Shown piece by piece: positions 18,288-32,800 of a stretch of 64,000 nucleotides of DNA. The stretch's first letter is position 1, and every line of letters begins with the position of its first letter. The notes under the pieces are model-generated. The model was not told the DNA's origin and searched no databases. It saw nothing but the letters and a program-made list of their open reading frames with translations. Made by a program: the position numbers and the translations under genes. The stretch spans positions 26,555-90,554 of the IMG/VR virus record IMGVR_UViG_3300038558_000079; one strand, given 5' to 3'. The DNA comes from a virus.

Positions 18288-20006
18288 TTAAATTAAATAC
18301 CAGAGTACATACCCAGCAACATCTGCTGTAAGCGATAAATTCATCACAAAAGCTGTGTTAGTAGCTAGAACTAGTGGGTGAGTATAGTCCGCTGCATGTT
18401 CATTTATAGCCATTGCACCTGTTATAGCTGTAGTGTCACTTTTGAGGGTAACAGCACCGTTTGAAAGTGTGAAATATAGCCCTGTAATTGCAATTTTCTG
18501 ACTTGCAACAGCACCGAGAACCGTAACATCACCGACACCTGCTGTGATACTGATAGCAGTAACAATAGGGATTCTATCTATCTTTTCTGCTATATACCGT
18601 AATTGCTGTGTGGTTGTTCCATTGGGGTTAGCAGCAGCACCTACAGTGCCAATCTTATCTTGAATAACTTGAAGTTGAGCTATAGAGTCTACATCAACTA
18701 CTTTTAAGTTTTCATTGGCATCTAATAGTAAAGGCTTAAGCACTCCTGATTTACTACCAAGTACTACATTGCCTGTAGGGGTACTATTCGTAGTCTCGAA
18801 AGCGTACTGGACATTAGTTAGATTAGGCGTAGCGACCTGTAAGTAGTTGTTCGTGTCTAACTGCAAAGCCTTAGCTACACCTGATTTATTAGCTAGTGCT
18901 ACAGTACCAGTAGGTGTTGCACTGGTTGTACCATCGGCATACTGGACATTAGTTAGATTAGGTGTAGCGACCTGTAAGTAGTTATTAGTGTCTAACTGTA
19001 AAGCCTTAAGCACACCTGATTTATTAGCTAATACCACACTACCTGTAGGTGTGGCGCTGGTTGTGTTATCAACATACTGTGTGTTAGTAAGGTTAGGTGT
19101 AGTAACCTGTAAGTAATTATTAGCGTCTAACTGTAAAGCCTTAGTCACGCCAGATTTATTAGCTAGTGCTACAGTGCCAGTAGGTGTTGCGCTAGTCGTA
19201 CCATCGGCATACTGGATTCCACCACCGCCGCCTCCTCCACTGACTACATTTACCGATATAGGAGATGAAGCTGTAATCGGAATTGCACTTTGCGCCGATA
19301 TCTGCAATGCACCCGCATTATCTAACTTGAGTGCAGTTAGTGTCCCATCGCTTTCTTTCGCTAATAGTACAGCACCCGATAGTGTTGCTGGGGAACTACC
19401 CTCTAGGTATTCTGTTGGTGCTGGATTATTCCCCGCCGCGATCGCAATCTTTAAATAACCACTTGAATCAATCTCTACAGGAAAAATTTCCCCTGTACTT
19501 CGTCTTCCCAAGAATAGATTGCCTCGTGGTGTTGCAGGATTACTACCACTATCATACTGAGTGCCTCCACCACTATTCTCACCAATAAATCGTAGTTGCT
19601 GTGAGATAGTGCCAGAAGTGGACGCGGTGTTACTTCCATCAAATAATAACTTTATGAGTAGTCTGATTAATCCACTCATCCCCGACACGCTATTATGGTC
19701 TGTTGCGGGTGCATCGGTTGTGCCCCCAATGCGTGTCTCTAAGCTAGTCTGTGTCGCTGTCAGGGTAGATTCTGTAGCACCACCTGTTGGTTGATTGGCT
19801 ACGAATATTTCCCCACTACCATTGATCTTTATCTTATTCCCTGGTGTAGTGGGGTCTTGAACTGTTACGGAATTCGCGCTGCTACCCGTATCAACAGGTA
19901 GTCTATTCTCTGATGTCCAGACCGCAGCCAAAGATGCCGCGATCTGCTTTGCTAATGCTTTAATTGCCACAAGGTTTTTCCATGTACTTTGTGGTAATTG
20001 TAGCAT
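18288..20006 (-). CDS. tail fibre-like protein with 45-aa tandem repeats
   Basis: Repeats of QYADGTTSATPTGTVALANKSG..ALQLD.NNYLQV.TPNLTN; poly-Gly hinge. Confidence 0.65.
   Translation of the reverse strand: MLQLPQSTWKNLVAIKALAKQIAASLAAVWTSENRLPVDTGSSANSVTVQDPTTPGNKIKINGSGEIFVANQPTGGATESTLTATQTSLETRIGGTTDAPATDHNSVSGMSGLIRLLIKLLFDGSNTASTSGTISQQLRFIGENSGGGTQYDSGSNPATPRGNLFLGRRSTGEIFPVEIDSSGYLKIAIAAGNNPAPTEYLEGSSPATLSGAVLLAKESDGTLTALKLDNAGALQISAQSAIPITASSPISVNVVSGGGGGGGIQYADGTTSATPTGTVALANKSGVTKALQLDANNYLQVTTPNLTNTQYVDNTTSATPTGSVVLANKSGVLKALQLDTNNYLQVATPNLTNVQYADGTTSATPTGTVALANKSGVAKALQLDTNNYLQVATPNLTNVQYAFETTNSTPTGNVVLGSKSGVLKPLLLDANENLKVVDVDSIAQLQVIQDKIGTVGAAANPNGTTTQQLRYIAEKIDRIPIVTAISITAGVGDVTVLGAVASQKIAITGLYFTLSNGAVTLKSDTTAITGAMAINEHAADYTHPLVLATNTAFVMNLSLTADVAGYVLWYLI
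18695..19214 (-). repeat. 135-bp tandem coding repeat, about 4 copies
   Basis: Repeat starts at 19214, 19079, 18944 and 18809 (exact 135-bp period). Confidence 0.9.
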
Positions 20007-20007
20007 G

Positions 20008-20547
20008 TTACGCTGACCGCTGTAAGAGCAAACGGTGTTCCTCTTTCTCGACTAAACAGCGTAACGCGCCCTGGTCTAATTCCCATACCTTTAACTCTAC
20101 GGGGTAGCCAGTTCGTTTGCCGGGACGGGCAACACTATACTTACACAGTCCTCGTTGGTGCAGGTAGTTTTGAAGTGTTTCAGCTTCCTTCTGAGTTGAG
20201 AATCCGAGATTCACCGTCCATGGTGTGGAGTGTTCTGTGGGGAGTAGCGCAGTAATTCTCGAATTTGGAGTTAGAGCCTTGTCAACCCATTTGAATGACT
20301 TAGGAGCATAACGCTTGTGGATTAAGTGTGTCCAAATAATGTTAAGTAATTCTTGTTTCCGAAAAGCCGATACAGCTTTTCCTAGAGTGGCTTTGCAGAA
20401 TAACCACCCTTTCGCCTCTTTATTTAGCTTGTCAATCACCGCTCGTAATTCGCGGATTGTATAGGTTGACAATTCCTGTAAGTCAATCCGTGCCAAGTTT
20501 ACTTTTTTTACTTTGTCTGCTGCCTTGTAGAATAGTGAAGTAGTCAT
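20008..20547 (-). CDS. hypothetical protein (N-terminal Rho-N/HeH-like motif)
   Basis: LSTYTIRELR...RKQELL pattern; own promoter. Confidence 0.55.
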   Translation of the reverse strand: MTTSLFYKAADKVKKVNLARIDLQELSTYTIRELRAVIDKLNKEAKGWLFCKATLGKAVSAFRKQELLNIIWTHLIHKRYAPKSFKWVDKALTPNSRITALLPTEHSTPWTVNLGFSTQKEAETLQNYLHQRGLCKYSVARPGKRTGYPVELKVWELDQGALRCLVEKEEHRLLLQRSA

Positions 20548-20579
20548 GGTCTTATGTCTCTTTTTGCTTTACTGTGTCC

Positions 20580-20608
20580 ATAATAATTCAAATCTTCTAA
20601 GGTGTCAA
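20580..20608 (-). promoter_or_regulatory. sigma70-type promoter
   Basis: TTGACA-17-TATTAT. Confidence 0.7.
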
Positions 20609-20659
20609 GTGGTGTCTGAAAGAATTTTTAGGTGATTTCAAAACTTGGTTCTCAGAATC

Positions 20660-20769
20660 GCTACATACCTTACTGGTATTAACTCTCAGCTTCCGACATG
20701 TTGTTTTCAATTACTATATAGGATAGAACATGTCGGAAGCCAGAAGGTGTACAGAGAGAGGGATTTAGG
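20660..20769 (+). repeat. composite palindromic element, copy 2
   Basis: Same architecture; 24-bp core GTTTTCAATTACTATATAGGATAG. Confidence 0.92.
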
Positions 20770-20877
20770 GATTTTTATCAGATTTAATGCAAAGTTATTC
20801 ATTGGACTACTATATGCGATGATGTACGTTACACTATATCAGTACCAGATTTAAACTTTACTAATACCTACTGAGAC

Positions 20878-23800
20878 TTAAATACCGTGTGTAGCTCGAT
20901 ATGATGGCGAATTTAACATTCTGTCAGATATGTACTTAGCACCTTGTTCAGCACCCTGTTGAGCCGCTTTCCGAGCCAAGTCTTCACCCTGAGATTTAGT
21001 CAGGTACTCAACTCCATTAATGACTTGTGTCTCCAGTTTGACATTTATATCTTTAGGACGTGAAGCATTCTCTATAACCTTATCTGCACTTCCCCCATAC
21101 TCGGTAGTTTTGGGGACATAGCCTACCATGCCACCATCATTGAAGTTTAGGATGTCAACACCACCCAGCTTGTCAAGATTCTGAGTTTGGGCTAAATTGA
21201 GTACACGCTCACCATGGGTTAGAGCCGCGATCGCTACCCCACGCCCCCCATTAAGTGATTTCTCGCGATCGATAGCATCAATTATCCCACCCTGAGCATA
21301 GTTACCTACTATGCCACCATTCCAGAAAAAACTACCTAGTAAAGAGCTAGCAATACCTACAATTCCCCCTAAACCACCACCGCCAACCATCCCACTAACA
21401 CTAGCAAGAATACGTCCTATTCCGCCCCCACCACTGTTCTTACCATCACCTGAGAATAAACTACCAATCCCACTTACGATACTTCCAAATCCACCTTTAC
21501 CACTGAAAAAACTACCTAGTGCATTAGTGATAGGACTAAGAGCATCGGGTGCGCTTTTGATGATTCCTACGGGGACTGGATTCGCGCTATCAACTTTACC
21601 AGTGAATCCTGAGAATGTAGACGCTAGGAAGCTTGTAGTGGAATCTTCTTTGCCACCAAACATACTACCTAGAGTGCCATTATTCAATCCCCCGAAAGTA
21701 TTACCATTTACTACATTTACATACACAGGTAACACCGGGGTAGTACCCAGTTCACTACCGCCGTCTAATAGCGATAAAGGGTTAGTATCCCCACTATCGC
21801 CTTGTTCAAACATCCCACCTTGCCCTTCATTCTTGTTACCACCCAGTAAACCACCAAACAATTTCTCCACTAGGTAGTTACTAGCTATCTCAGCGACTGA
21901 ACCTAGTATGGAGTCCATTAATCCGTTGAATAACTCCTCTATGCTTTGACCACCCTTAATGATGCCAGCAAAGAATCCCTTCAATCCTGTTTGTACAGTA
22001 TCTATAACTGGCTTGAAGGCGTTAAAGTTATCCTTAACAGTGTCAAGTTTAACCTGGTTAATCTGCTCTAAGTTCTGTCTTAACTTGTCAGCTTCTATAG
22101 CACCAACTTGTGTTGTTCTGATGAATTCTTCGAGTTCTATCTTTTGCCCTCTATAAGCACTTTGTTGTTGTAATATTGCACTGTCACGTTGTAATGTGCG
22201 TGCTTTATTGGTCATACCACGGTTAGAGTAGAAGCTAGCTTGAGTCTCTAAGAGTTCTACCTGTGAGCCTGATACACGTTGCGATATCGTCTCTGTTCTT
22301 TGAGCTAGCGCTTTATCAAATTCCCCCTTAAGGTTATCAAGTGTTAAGTTGTTAAGTTCTCGAATTCTTAACTCTAATTCTGCTATTTCTTCTTGAGACT
22401 TACCAGTTGAATTGGCGAATTCCTTCATGTCGAGTATCTGTTTCTCAACACTAATCTCAAGTTCTTTCTTGTCAACCTCAAATTTTAACTTTATCGGGTC
22501 ACCTTGTTGTAGTCCCAAATTTATCGCTTGTGTAGTAGTATCAACGATTTGCTTCTGATATTGTAACTCCTGTTCTTTAATGCTTAGAATAACCTTTGAT
22601 TGTGATATCTGACTAGCAAAAGCAGTCTGTTGTGCTTGTGCATTTATGTTCTGAATTTTAACGTCATATTCACTCTGTTTCTCAGCATTAAGTTTTGTAA
22701 TTTCTTCAGGCGTTCTTTTCCCTTCAAAACCCGCTTGTTCAATTGCAGCTAACTCTTGTGCTAATTGCAGTTCAGCTTCGCGCAATGCAACTCGCTTCTC
22801 TAATTCCCCGATAGCATTATTGGCTAATTCGGGTGATAGTGGGTTAGTCTGTGCAAGTGTCTTTAATTGTTCAATCCGGACTTTATCATTAGCAATCTCA
22901 GCTTGTACCAATTCCTGTCTGGCTTCCCTATCCCGTGCTTCACTCTCACGTAGGAAAGCTAACTTAGCATTTTCAGTTTTCTGTTTAAGGGTAACGTCTA
23001 ATATCTTCTTACGCTCTCCAATTTCAGCACGTAATCTGTCAGCCTCTTCTTTGGTATACTCCTTAGCTTTTTCCTTGTCTTGGATTCCCTTAAGTTGTTT
23101 CTCAAGATTTAACTGTTCTTCTCTAGCACTTATAAGCGCTTCTAAGTCTGGTATGCCCTTCACATCGGGTGAAAATGGCGCTGTACTCTTTAGTTGTTGC
23201 AATTGGTCTAATTTAGCCTTCAAGGTGTCGATACTCGCATTCTCGATATCAAAGCTAGCCTGTTGCTTGCGTGCCTTTTCTTCAGCAGCGAAGCGGTCAT
23301 CTAGTAGCTTTTTAGATTCCTCACGCCCCTTGCGTACATTTTCTAACCCTATGGTTAATTTCTTGAGTTGGTCTTCACCCTCTGTAACCGCACGATTGAG
23401 AATATTCTTACCGTCATCTCCCAAAACACCCGTGGTTAGTGCGGTTCGTAATTGCTCTCTAAGGTTCTCTTTAATAGTCGGGTCATCTATGAGCTTCTGT
23501 ACCTTCTCACGCATCTCAGGAGATACAACACCTCCTTTACTGAGAAGTACCCTAGCAGTACCTATCTGTGATTCTATCGCTCTCTTTTGTTCAACAATAC
23601 TATTTTCTAGTTCTGTGTACTTAGTCTCTAATTGTCGTTGTTCTTGTTGTCGTTTCTGTTCATTATCTAAGGCTCCTTTGTATTCCAAGTTAGTATCAGT
23701 GACTTGATTACTCAAGCTGCTAACCTTAATCCCGTTTTGACGTAACTCTCTCTCTAAATCTAGAAAGGCTTTATTGCTAGCTCGTAATGCATTGGCGGTA

Positions 23801-26800
23801 TTTTGAGCGGCTTCATTACTAGCTTTCTGACGTGCTAATTCTACTTGACGATCGCGTTGTTGTTCGGCACGTCCGGTGACATCTGATATAGCAGTATTGC
23901 CTCTAGTCGCTATACTACCTGGTGTCCAGACGGTTGGGACTGGTGTGTTTGCTACTTGAGGTATTTGTACATTTGCGGTATTATTAGGAGTGTTTTTCTG
24001 TTGTGTAGGTAATCCCCCCTTCAGATAACTCACTAATTGATCTGCTAAACCCGGATTCCGCTTCCACCCATCATCTACACCTTGCCAATTTGAACCACCA
24101 AGTTTATTTGCTTGCATCCATCGAATAAGATCAGCGCCATCTTTAATGCGACCCGACTGAACAGCCTCGATAACTTTACTACCGTAATCGCCAATCCCTT
24201 TCTGTGAATTAGGTAAACGACGTTCACCAGCTAATATTTGCCCAAAGAAGTTCTGGTATTTCTCAGGAGTATTGATTATTTCTTTGTGATAGGCATTATT
24301 AAATTGTCCAAACCCTTGCATATTGTTGCCTGTACCACCTTTATAGGTGTAGAAAGCACGGCGGTTTGTACCCTTCTCAAATGCTTCAGATCCACCTATA
24401 CCTAATGCAAGCACTAACCTCCCACGACCTTCAGCAGTAGACGGGTCAAAATATTTATTCTGACTTAATTGACCACCCAATTCGTTCAGAGCCTCGTACC
24501 CTTTGCCTAATTTTGGAGCGCCACCTTGATTGACAACCCTCTGGGGTATATTGGGTGAGACAGAAGTATTTCTCCCCTGTAGCTGAGAAACAACATCATT
24601 ACTTGCAGATGTAATTTGTGAACGGTTTCGTGTACTGTCGCCTTGGTTTTTATAAGCAGTAATAATTACTTGCCTACCGTTAATATTGGCAAGTCCTACA
24701 TTTCCCGTAACCCGGCTATTATTACCTATTTTTCCCCCTGATTCACCACTAAAGCCAAAATTCCTAGTTTGTCCTAAAGCCGCCCTTGCAGTATCCGCAG
24801 CACCACCTTGATTAATTTGCAAATTTCTCATTGCTTTTGTTACATCGGCTGGTGTAGACGTGTTGCCAAAAGCATTAGTAGCACCAGGGATACTCAAATA
24901 ATTCCGAATTTGAGTCCCTGTAAAACCTCGTTTTTGTGCTTGTGCTGTAGCCGCTTCTGTACCACCCAGTATGCCAACTAAAGCGTTAAAACTTGTGTTA
25001 TCAGAATCACGAAGCATACGAGTCATTAAATCTCGTATAGAAACCTTCTGACCGGCTTGTATTGAGGAGCCTTCAGCTACCTGGTTTTTCGCAATAGTCA
25101 CACTTTGGTCTAATGATACTTTTCCCTCTTTAATTGCAGCATGTATCAAATCGGCGGCAATTAACTTTATAGTTGACGCTGGTGAACTTGGGGCTTGATT
25201 TGCATTATATGTACCTAATATCTCTCCACTTTTTACATCTTGTACCAAGAGAGAGTTTAGCCCATATTGACTTGCTATTTGTGAAGCATTAATGCCTTGG
25301 CGTTGAGATTGATTCTGTTTTACTTGTGTTGCACTTCCACCGTGATTATGCCCATCACCAGGATGATGTTGTTCAATTTGCCCTTTTTGTGCTGAACTTA
25401 AACCTCTACCATTTCTACCTGCTAAGAACTCAGTAGGGTTAACATTCTTCCCATTAATCCATGTTTCGTAGTGTAAATGCGCCCCCGTACCAATCCCCGT
25501 TGAGCCAACTTTACCAATCTTGTCACCAGCATTTAATTTTTGTCCTTCCACCACATCATAAGCCGACAAGTGGAAAAACTTATGCTCAATTTTACGACCA
25601 TGCTCATCGATTGACTCGACTACAACATATTTACCAGCGCCACCAGCCTGATACTTGACACCAGTAACTACCCCTGCCATGGGTGATACCACTTGTGTCC
25701 CTTCACCATACCCGTAATCTTGCCCACGGTGCATTCGTGTTTGTCCAGTTACTGGATGCCGTCTCATCCCCCAAGGGCTAGTTTTTCTACTTTCGGCTTG
25801 TGCTGCGGTAACACCTGCTATCGGAAAGACTGGTTGGCTTGCGTTCCCTACGGGTGGTTTTTCACCTATACCTAAAGCATTCTGAACAAAACCAATACCT
25901 TGCTGTACAACATTACCAGCAGTCTGCATTGCACCTTGTCTAAAGCTAACGACGCTCTGGGTTACACTTTCAAGTTGTTGACCCCAGCTATTAAATATTT
26001 GTCCAATGATATTTAGAATGGGGATATTGTTAGCAAAAGTGCTAAACCAATCCACTGTATTCTTAATAATTTCCTGAATGCTAAGAGGTAGTGAATCCAG
26101 GGCTACCTTAAGCTCGTTCTCAATCACTCCACCAACATTACTGATCTCAGTGCCCCAATTAATAGTAGCTGCTGTCACATTGCCAGTTGCCTCTAAAGAT
26201 GCGAATAGACTATCATTTGTAGCAATAACGGCATCATTATTACTATTGATACTATCGGTGTTAGTCTCGATCGCAAAACCTAAATCAGAAGCTGTAAAAG
26301 TGGTATTAAGTAGTTCTGAGCCTAATCCCTGAGTTGCATATATCCCATCTTCTGTAGTAGCTACTGTCTGCTGGATAGTATCGCCAAAGTCCAGACTACC
26401 TAACGTTACATCTTGAAATGCAGACGTTAGGTCATTTGTAGCACTCTCACTATCCTTTATAGTGTCTTTAGCCTCTAGTAAGCCATTATTGAAAGCCTTA
26501 GTGATATCAATAAATTTATTATCTATCCCTATCTTACTCAAGTCTAACTCTATCGGGATTGCTGGGATATCAATACTACCTTTAGCTGAAATACCAGGTA
26601 ATTGTCGGCGTAATTCCTCACCCTGTCTTAGGGAATCTTCAAAAGCATTATTAGCCTGTAATGCAGCACTTCCTACATCAAACTGTTTATCGGCGGCTTC
26701 TGAGAGTTGTTGGATACTTTCTATTACCGAATCTGCAAATTGAGATACTATATTATCCTGAAACCCAGAAATAGAAGTTTTGATATCGGTAGCATAAGAC

Positions 26801-29800
26801 TGTATTTTTAACTGGCTAGTTTGACGTTGTGCCTCAAGACTAGATTCTGCAAACTGTCTAGATGCACTACGGTAATATTCTTCTATTTGTTTGTTTAATT
26901 CGACTAACTTTTGATTAAATTCATACTTACCTTGTTCTACTCCAGCTTGTAGGTTAGAAATTTCTACAGAACGCTCTTGAAGTGCTGCATACTGGTCAAT
27001 AACATACTTGTCATTAACTCTCTCACCTGCTTTTTCTGATATAGTCTTAAGTTCAGCGCGTCCGGTATTCTCAGTAATACCATAGGCTTGTAGTGTATTC
27101 TGAGCATCCTTATTCTGCAACAGCGCTTTAGTCTGTGCTTGTGCATCAAGTAAACGCTTAATTTTTGCCTCTTGCTGTTGAATATCAAGTTCGCTTAAAC
27201 CAAATTGCAACTCCCCCTGAGTCTTGGAATTAGTGTATAAGCTGGACTTTAAAGTATTTCCTGCAACAGTAGCCTTATCTTCAGCATCAGCTAATTTATC
27301 AACTACACCTTGTATGTTTTTCTGCATTAATGAGAAAGCATTAACAGATTCGCCAACAGCGCGATTAAATTTATCTTGTGCTTTCTGTGCTGACGTTAGA
27401 TCGCTTTCTAGTCCTGCTAGTACATTCTTATATTGCGCCTGATTCCTACCAGGTTCATTGGCTAATTTTTGATATTTCTCAATCTCCTTTTTGAGCATAT
27501 CAACATTAGTCTGCATATTGGACTGTAATATTCCAATAGGTTTAGATATTTTTTCTCTCGCCTCTAGTATTTTTGTTTGTTCATCATCAATAACTTTAAG
27601 TCCAGCCTTATCTTGAGGATTTATAGCTACTAATGCCGCGCGTCGTGTCTGTATCTGTCTGAGTTGGTCATCATACTGCTTTAATTGTCCCAACTCTCTA
27701 ACACCTTGCCCCTTGGTTCCTAAGAGGCTTAATGCTTCTGAAGTTGTAGCATTAACACCTAAGCTTAAGTCAGATGTGGCATTAATGTTATCTCCCAACT
27801 TCTTGTCTTCATAGGTTGAACCCACTCTACCACCTGACAGTTTTTTAAGTAAGTTTGCAGGCGACTCGATTAAACCTGTAACTGCTTTCCCGGTTCCAAA
27901 TCTTAACTTATCAAACCAGTTAGCATCAGCTTTAATTTCCTTGGGTAATAACGCACCTATCCCCATTGCATCTAGCAAGGATTCATCGCGTACTAGCTTA
28001 GTAGCTTTAAATTTTTCGGTTTCCCCTCTACTTTCTGCTAGCGCTTCCCTGTACTTTTGCAAACTCTCAGTAGCGGTATCGGCAAAGTTCCTAGAATCTC
28101 CAGAGGCATCCTTGAAAGCAGCACTAATGCCTTCAAATACTTTCATCCCTACTTCGATTACTACGAACATAGTTAGCATAGGTGCGAGCGCTGACAGCAA
28201 TGCCCTAGCACCCGATGCTAATCCTATAAATCCCGCAACACCATTGATTAGCGCCGCTTTACCAAATGCCCTAACTCCAATAGCACCTCTAGTAAAATTA
28301 GCACCAATGTTAGAAATTCCATTTTTCTGTAGGCTTAGTAGTCCACCATTTAACGCTGACAATCCACCTTTCGCATTATCCAGCATAGCAACGCCGAAGT
28401 TCTTAGCACTTGACAGGACATTACTAGCACCCGATCTTAGAGATTGTACCGGGTTAGCTCTAATGTTCTGTAACGTGTCTCCTATCCCGTCTACTAGTTG
28501 TGTGGCCTTAAGTTTGTTATCACCATTTCCTAGTATTTTCTGGAATGTTCCCATAGCGGCACTTGCTGCACTCGCAACACCCGGAATTTTCATTAACGCA
28601 GCGGTTAACGCTCCAAAAGATTGGAATAGGTTAACTCCAGCCATTACAGCGAGCGCACGAAAAACACCTAGCAGAAAATCTGCGTTTTCAGTCACAAACT
28701 TGATAGCTCCGCTACCTAGTGCTAATAGCAAATTTTTGATTGGTAACAGTGTCTTGCCAATTGTTGCTTGCATCTGAAATAACGCATTATTGAAATTTAT
28801 TAATGCAGACACTGAACTATTAGCCGCTCCTTTGACACCCATCGCAGTTTCGGCGCTTAGTTGTTGAGCAAACTTAGGTAGAAAATCTTCTGACAGTAAC
28901 TTACCTTGACTCATCATCTTGTCTAGAGTTTGTGTTGTTACACCTATCGCTCTAGCTGCAATGTTGAACGCACCAGGTAAAACTTCTCCCAATTGTTGTC
29001 TTAATTCCTCAGCGCTTACCTTGCCTTTTCCAGCCATTTGTTGGACAGCAGCAAAAACTCTACTCTGTTGTTCTGAATTCAAGTCATAAACAGTGCTAGC
29101 TTGTGATACACCACTAAATATCTTCTGTGTCTGACTTTCCAGTGCGGTGTCCCGCGTTGCAGCCCCTAATGAAACATATCCTTCCATTGAGGACTTCATG
29201 TCGGTTCCCAAACGCGCCGTTTCCCCCCTAACAAATGCCAAGCTATTAGCAGCCTCTTGAGCATTGTTGCTGATAAATAGGAATCTACGCTCTAAAGATT
29301 CCATGGCTATAGCGGCTTCAATTGATGCGGGTGCAATGCTGGTTATTATATTCTGGAAAAATTGTACCCCTTTAAATGCCAGGAAACCACCTACTAAACC
29401 TTTAAGACCATCTATCAAAATGCCAGCAATACCGCTTCCTTTAAATAGCGCATCAAAGAATGTATTTACTTGTGGTACTGCAACATTGAGAGACTTGAAG
29501 ATATCTTGAGTTGCAATATTTAACTCTTGTAACTCTTGGGTTTCTTCAGGGGTTATCGTAGTCTTGCGAGTTAATTCTAAGGCTCTATTATTGTTAGCTA
29601 CTAATTTATCTTTATAGACTAATAATCTATCCGATTCTTCTTTGTCCCCTCTTAATTCCGCTTCATTAGCCGATACTACCAGGTTAGCAATTAAGGACGG
29701 CGTGTGCATCTTTAATATCTCTGTCTGTTTCCTAACCCTAGCTGCTATGCCACCAAACAAATCTGCTAGTGCTACCCCAACAGAATTAGTAAATTTGTTT

Positions 29801-32800
29801 CCTGCGTTTTGTGTAACCTGCTGTACTTTCTCAGGACTAATAAGAGGAGAAGTATTAACTACATTACCTTTTAATTCTTGTTTGTCTAAAAGTTTTGCAT
29901 TTTCCAAATAAACTTTTAGGCTTTCTAATTCGTGTTGTGACAGTTCTAACTCATCACCAGACTGTATGCTTGCTTCGGCTTTTGCCAGAAGTTGCTGGTA
30001 CTCTACCTGTCTTTCCTCAAGGTATTTTTGAGCCGCTTCAAATTGTTGCTTCTCATGCTCATCGAAGCTAGCCATAGCTTTATCTATATCGCTAGTTGTT
30101 CGATTTGCTGAGGCATTATAAACATGAGACATAGCAGCAGCAGCATTGGCATTGGCTTTATTACTCTGGCTTATACTGCGTCTGTTCTCTAGGTTGCCTA
30201 CAATACCTTCTACTTTCTGTTTGCCAGTTTCTACCATTTTTTCTGTAAAACTTGGCACAGTATTTACAGCGTTAATACCTTTATTAAACCCTTCTACTAC
30301 AAAGCGCCCTAAACGTTCAAATACCTTAGATGGACTTTGTATCTCCAGTTCTTTTTTAGCCGACTTTGTAACACCTTGCGCTAACTCAATAGATGCAAGT
30401 TCAGCACTTGGTATCGACTTTTCAATACCTTGACTTAACCCTGTTCCTAAGTTCTCTAACCCATAACTTTGAGCAAATTTAGCATCCCAATCATCGATGT
30501 CTCCAGTTTGCACATCAGGAGTAATATCTTCTAAGTCAATATTTGCCGCTTCCTGTGCAAGTAAGCTATCCCAGTCATAATCATCTATTTGTTTTGCATA
30601 ATCATCAACAACTACCTTTGTCCCTTGTTCTATTGATTCCGCTATCTTATCAGGGACAAAGCTTAAATCCTTGGATAACTTGGGGTTTATAGGAGTTTCT
30701 TTAATTACCTGTTGATGGATCTCAGGTACTTTAATTTCAGGAATTTGCTCAACTATCGGGGATTCAATCTCAGGTATTTTAATCTCAGGCAATTCAAGCG
30801 AATCAGTCCCAATATCACCGAGGACAAAACCCTCTATATTTTTAATAATACCACTTAGCTGTAAGCTTGCACCTTTAAGATATTTCTTAACACTATCTTC
30901 TAAGTCTCGACTCAATAATTCCTGAATTGTTTGGTAGTCATCTTGGATTTCCTCAAAGCTAATCTGAGGAATTTCCTCTTGTTTGATAGCATTCAACGCA
31001 CCCCGCGCCGCTGTAATTCTACCCTGTAGATGCGGCTTAAGCGCATCAGGTGTGGTAACTAACTGATCGGTCTTAGAGATGATACTTTTTTGGTGTGGTG
31101 TAAGTTGTGGAATTGTTGACCTGAGTTTTTTGAGGTCAACGTTGTTAACTAATCTTGCCGCTATTTGTTCCTTAGTACCACTTGAACCAACACCATGGCT
31201 TTTGGCTATATTTTTTAGCTCATCCTTGCTGGTGTAACTACCTGTAAGTTGCTTCAGTAAATCCTCACGGCTGCCACCTAATAACTCGGTGTGTACCTTG
31301 TTAGCAAATTGGCTAGCACTGAATGTTGTCTTTTCAATTAGAACCTGTAAGTCTTTATATAATTTATCCAGTTCATCTTGTGGCAAAATATCTATATTTT
31401 TAAGTCTCTCTAGATAAGGCTCAAAAATCTTATATAGATTATCAAATTTTGCTTCTAATAATTTCCCAGTCCCAGATGTGTCATAGGTAGCGTTCTTATT
31501 GTTCTCTATTAGTTGTTTATATTGCTCTACTTGTATTTTGCCTAAATCGTTTAAGAGTTTACCTCCTCCGCTACCTGCTAGTTGCCCAATATTGCGGAGG
31601 CTTGTCTTTCTTTGGATATTAGATATTATTTTCTCTCTATTTCTGTTCGTAAAAACGTAAGCGTCTTGTTCTATTTCTCTAGAAAATGCTTCTCGTTCTG
31701 TATCCCCCTTAAAATTACTTGCCGATCCTTCCACCCTTCGCGCCAACTTTGGATCTAGTTCGTAATCTTCTACCGTCGGCTTGAGTAATTTACGCGCCGA
31801 TTTTAGCTCTTGGAATAAATCTATTTTACCAAAATCGCTTTGCATCCCATGTGTAAGTTCATGGATCAATGTCTCTAAATTTTCTGGTGTTGCATTCCCC
31901 TTAATGAGTTGTGCCAATACATCTTTCTGTACTTTTAAAACGTTATTCTCGCTAGAATAAAACCCCGTTGCCTTTATCCCCTTCTTTTTATAATCTTCAA
32001 TTTCTTCATCCGAAAAAGCCTTCAAGGTAGGAATTTGCTCAGGACTTATACTAATTCCAGCTATAGCCGCAACTTCATCTATAACATCCTGATACTGTTT
32101 AGGTTGTTTTTTGACTTTCTTGGTTGTACCACTAGTTTTTCCCCCCCGCTCTAGTGCTTTAATAGCATCATCAGCTTGCTTCTCATACACCGTAACCTGA
32201 GCATTCATGGCTTCCATTAACTTCAATGCAGAAGCCATTTCTTCTTTACTGCTAAAGTCCAAAGTCCTGAGTTTAGCAAATAATTTCTTATATTCCGTCC
32301 CTATATTTTTAACATTTCCAGTAGAAATAGTTTTCTGAATTTCCGCTATATTATTCCTACCTCCAGAATTCTTAACTACAGTTGCTTCTGCTAAGGGCAC
32401 TGATGCTTCTGCTCTCTGTATGAAAGCTAACTCTTGTTTGTTTAACCTTTCAAGATCGGCCTTCACATTAGTGATTAAATTTTCTAATTCTTTCCTGTTA
32501 AGAACTTCTTTTTCGATAAGAGCTTTTGCTGCTAAGATGGTATCATCATCAGAATCAGATAGTGCATTCTTAAGTGCCTCTTGATATTTCAATACTTTCT
32601 TATTAGAGGCTTCCAAGACTTTCTCTGCTTTAGTAAGTTTGGTGTTCAAGTCTTCACGTTGCTTACCAACAGCTTCTTTCTTCTCACTTATAGCGAGGGT
32701 GCGTAATATTCTAGCACCTTCTAATCCTTTAGCACCTTTTACACCGACTAGATCTAAAAGATGTTCTAATTTTTGTTTCTCTCCACCTAACTTTTCTACC

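Noticed and set aside
18695-19214. Fibre repeats as DGR template/variable regions
   Set aside because: They are in-frame tandem repeats, and no reverse transcriptase is present in the window
24600-25260. Antibiotic-resistance beta-lactamase gene
   Set aside because: The domain is embedded in the TMP beside an M23 peptidase with no signal peptide; a cell-wall peptidase role fits better
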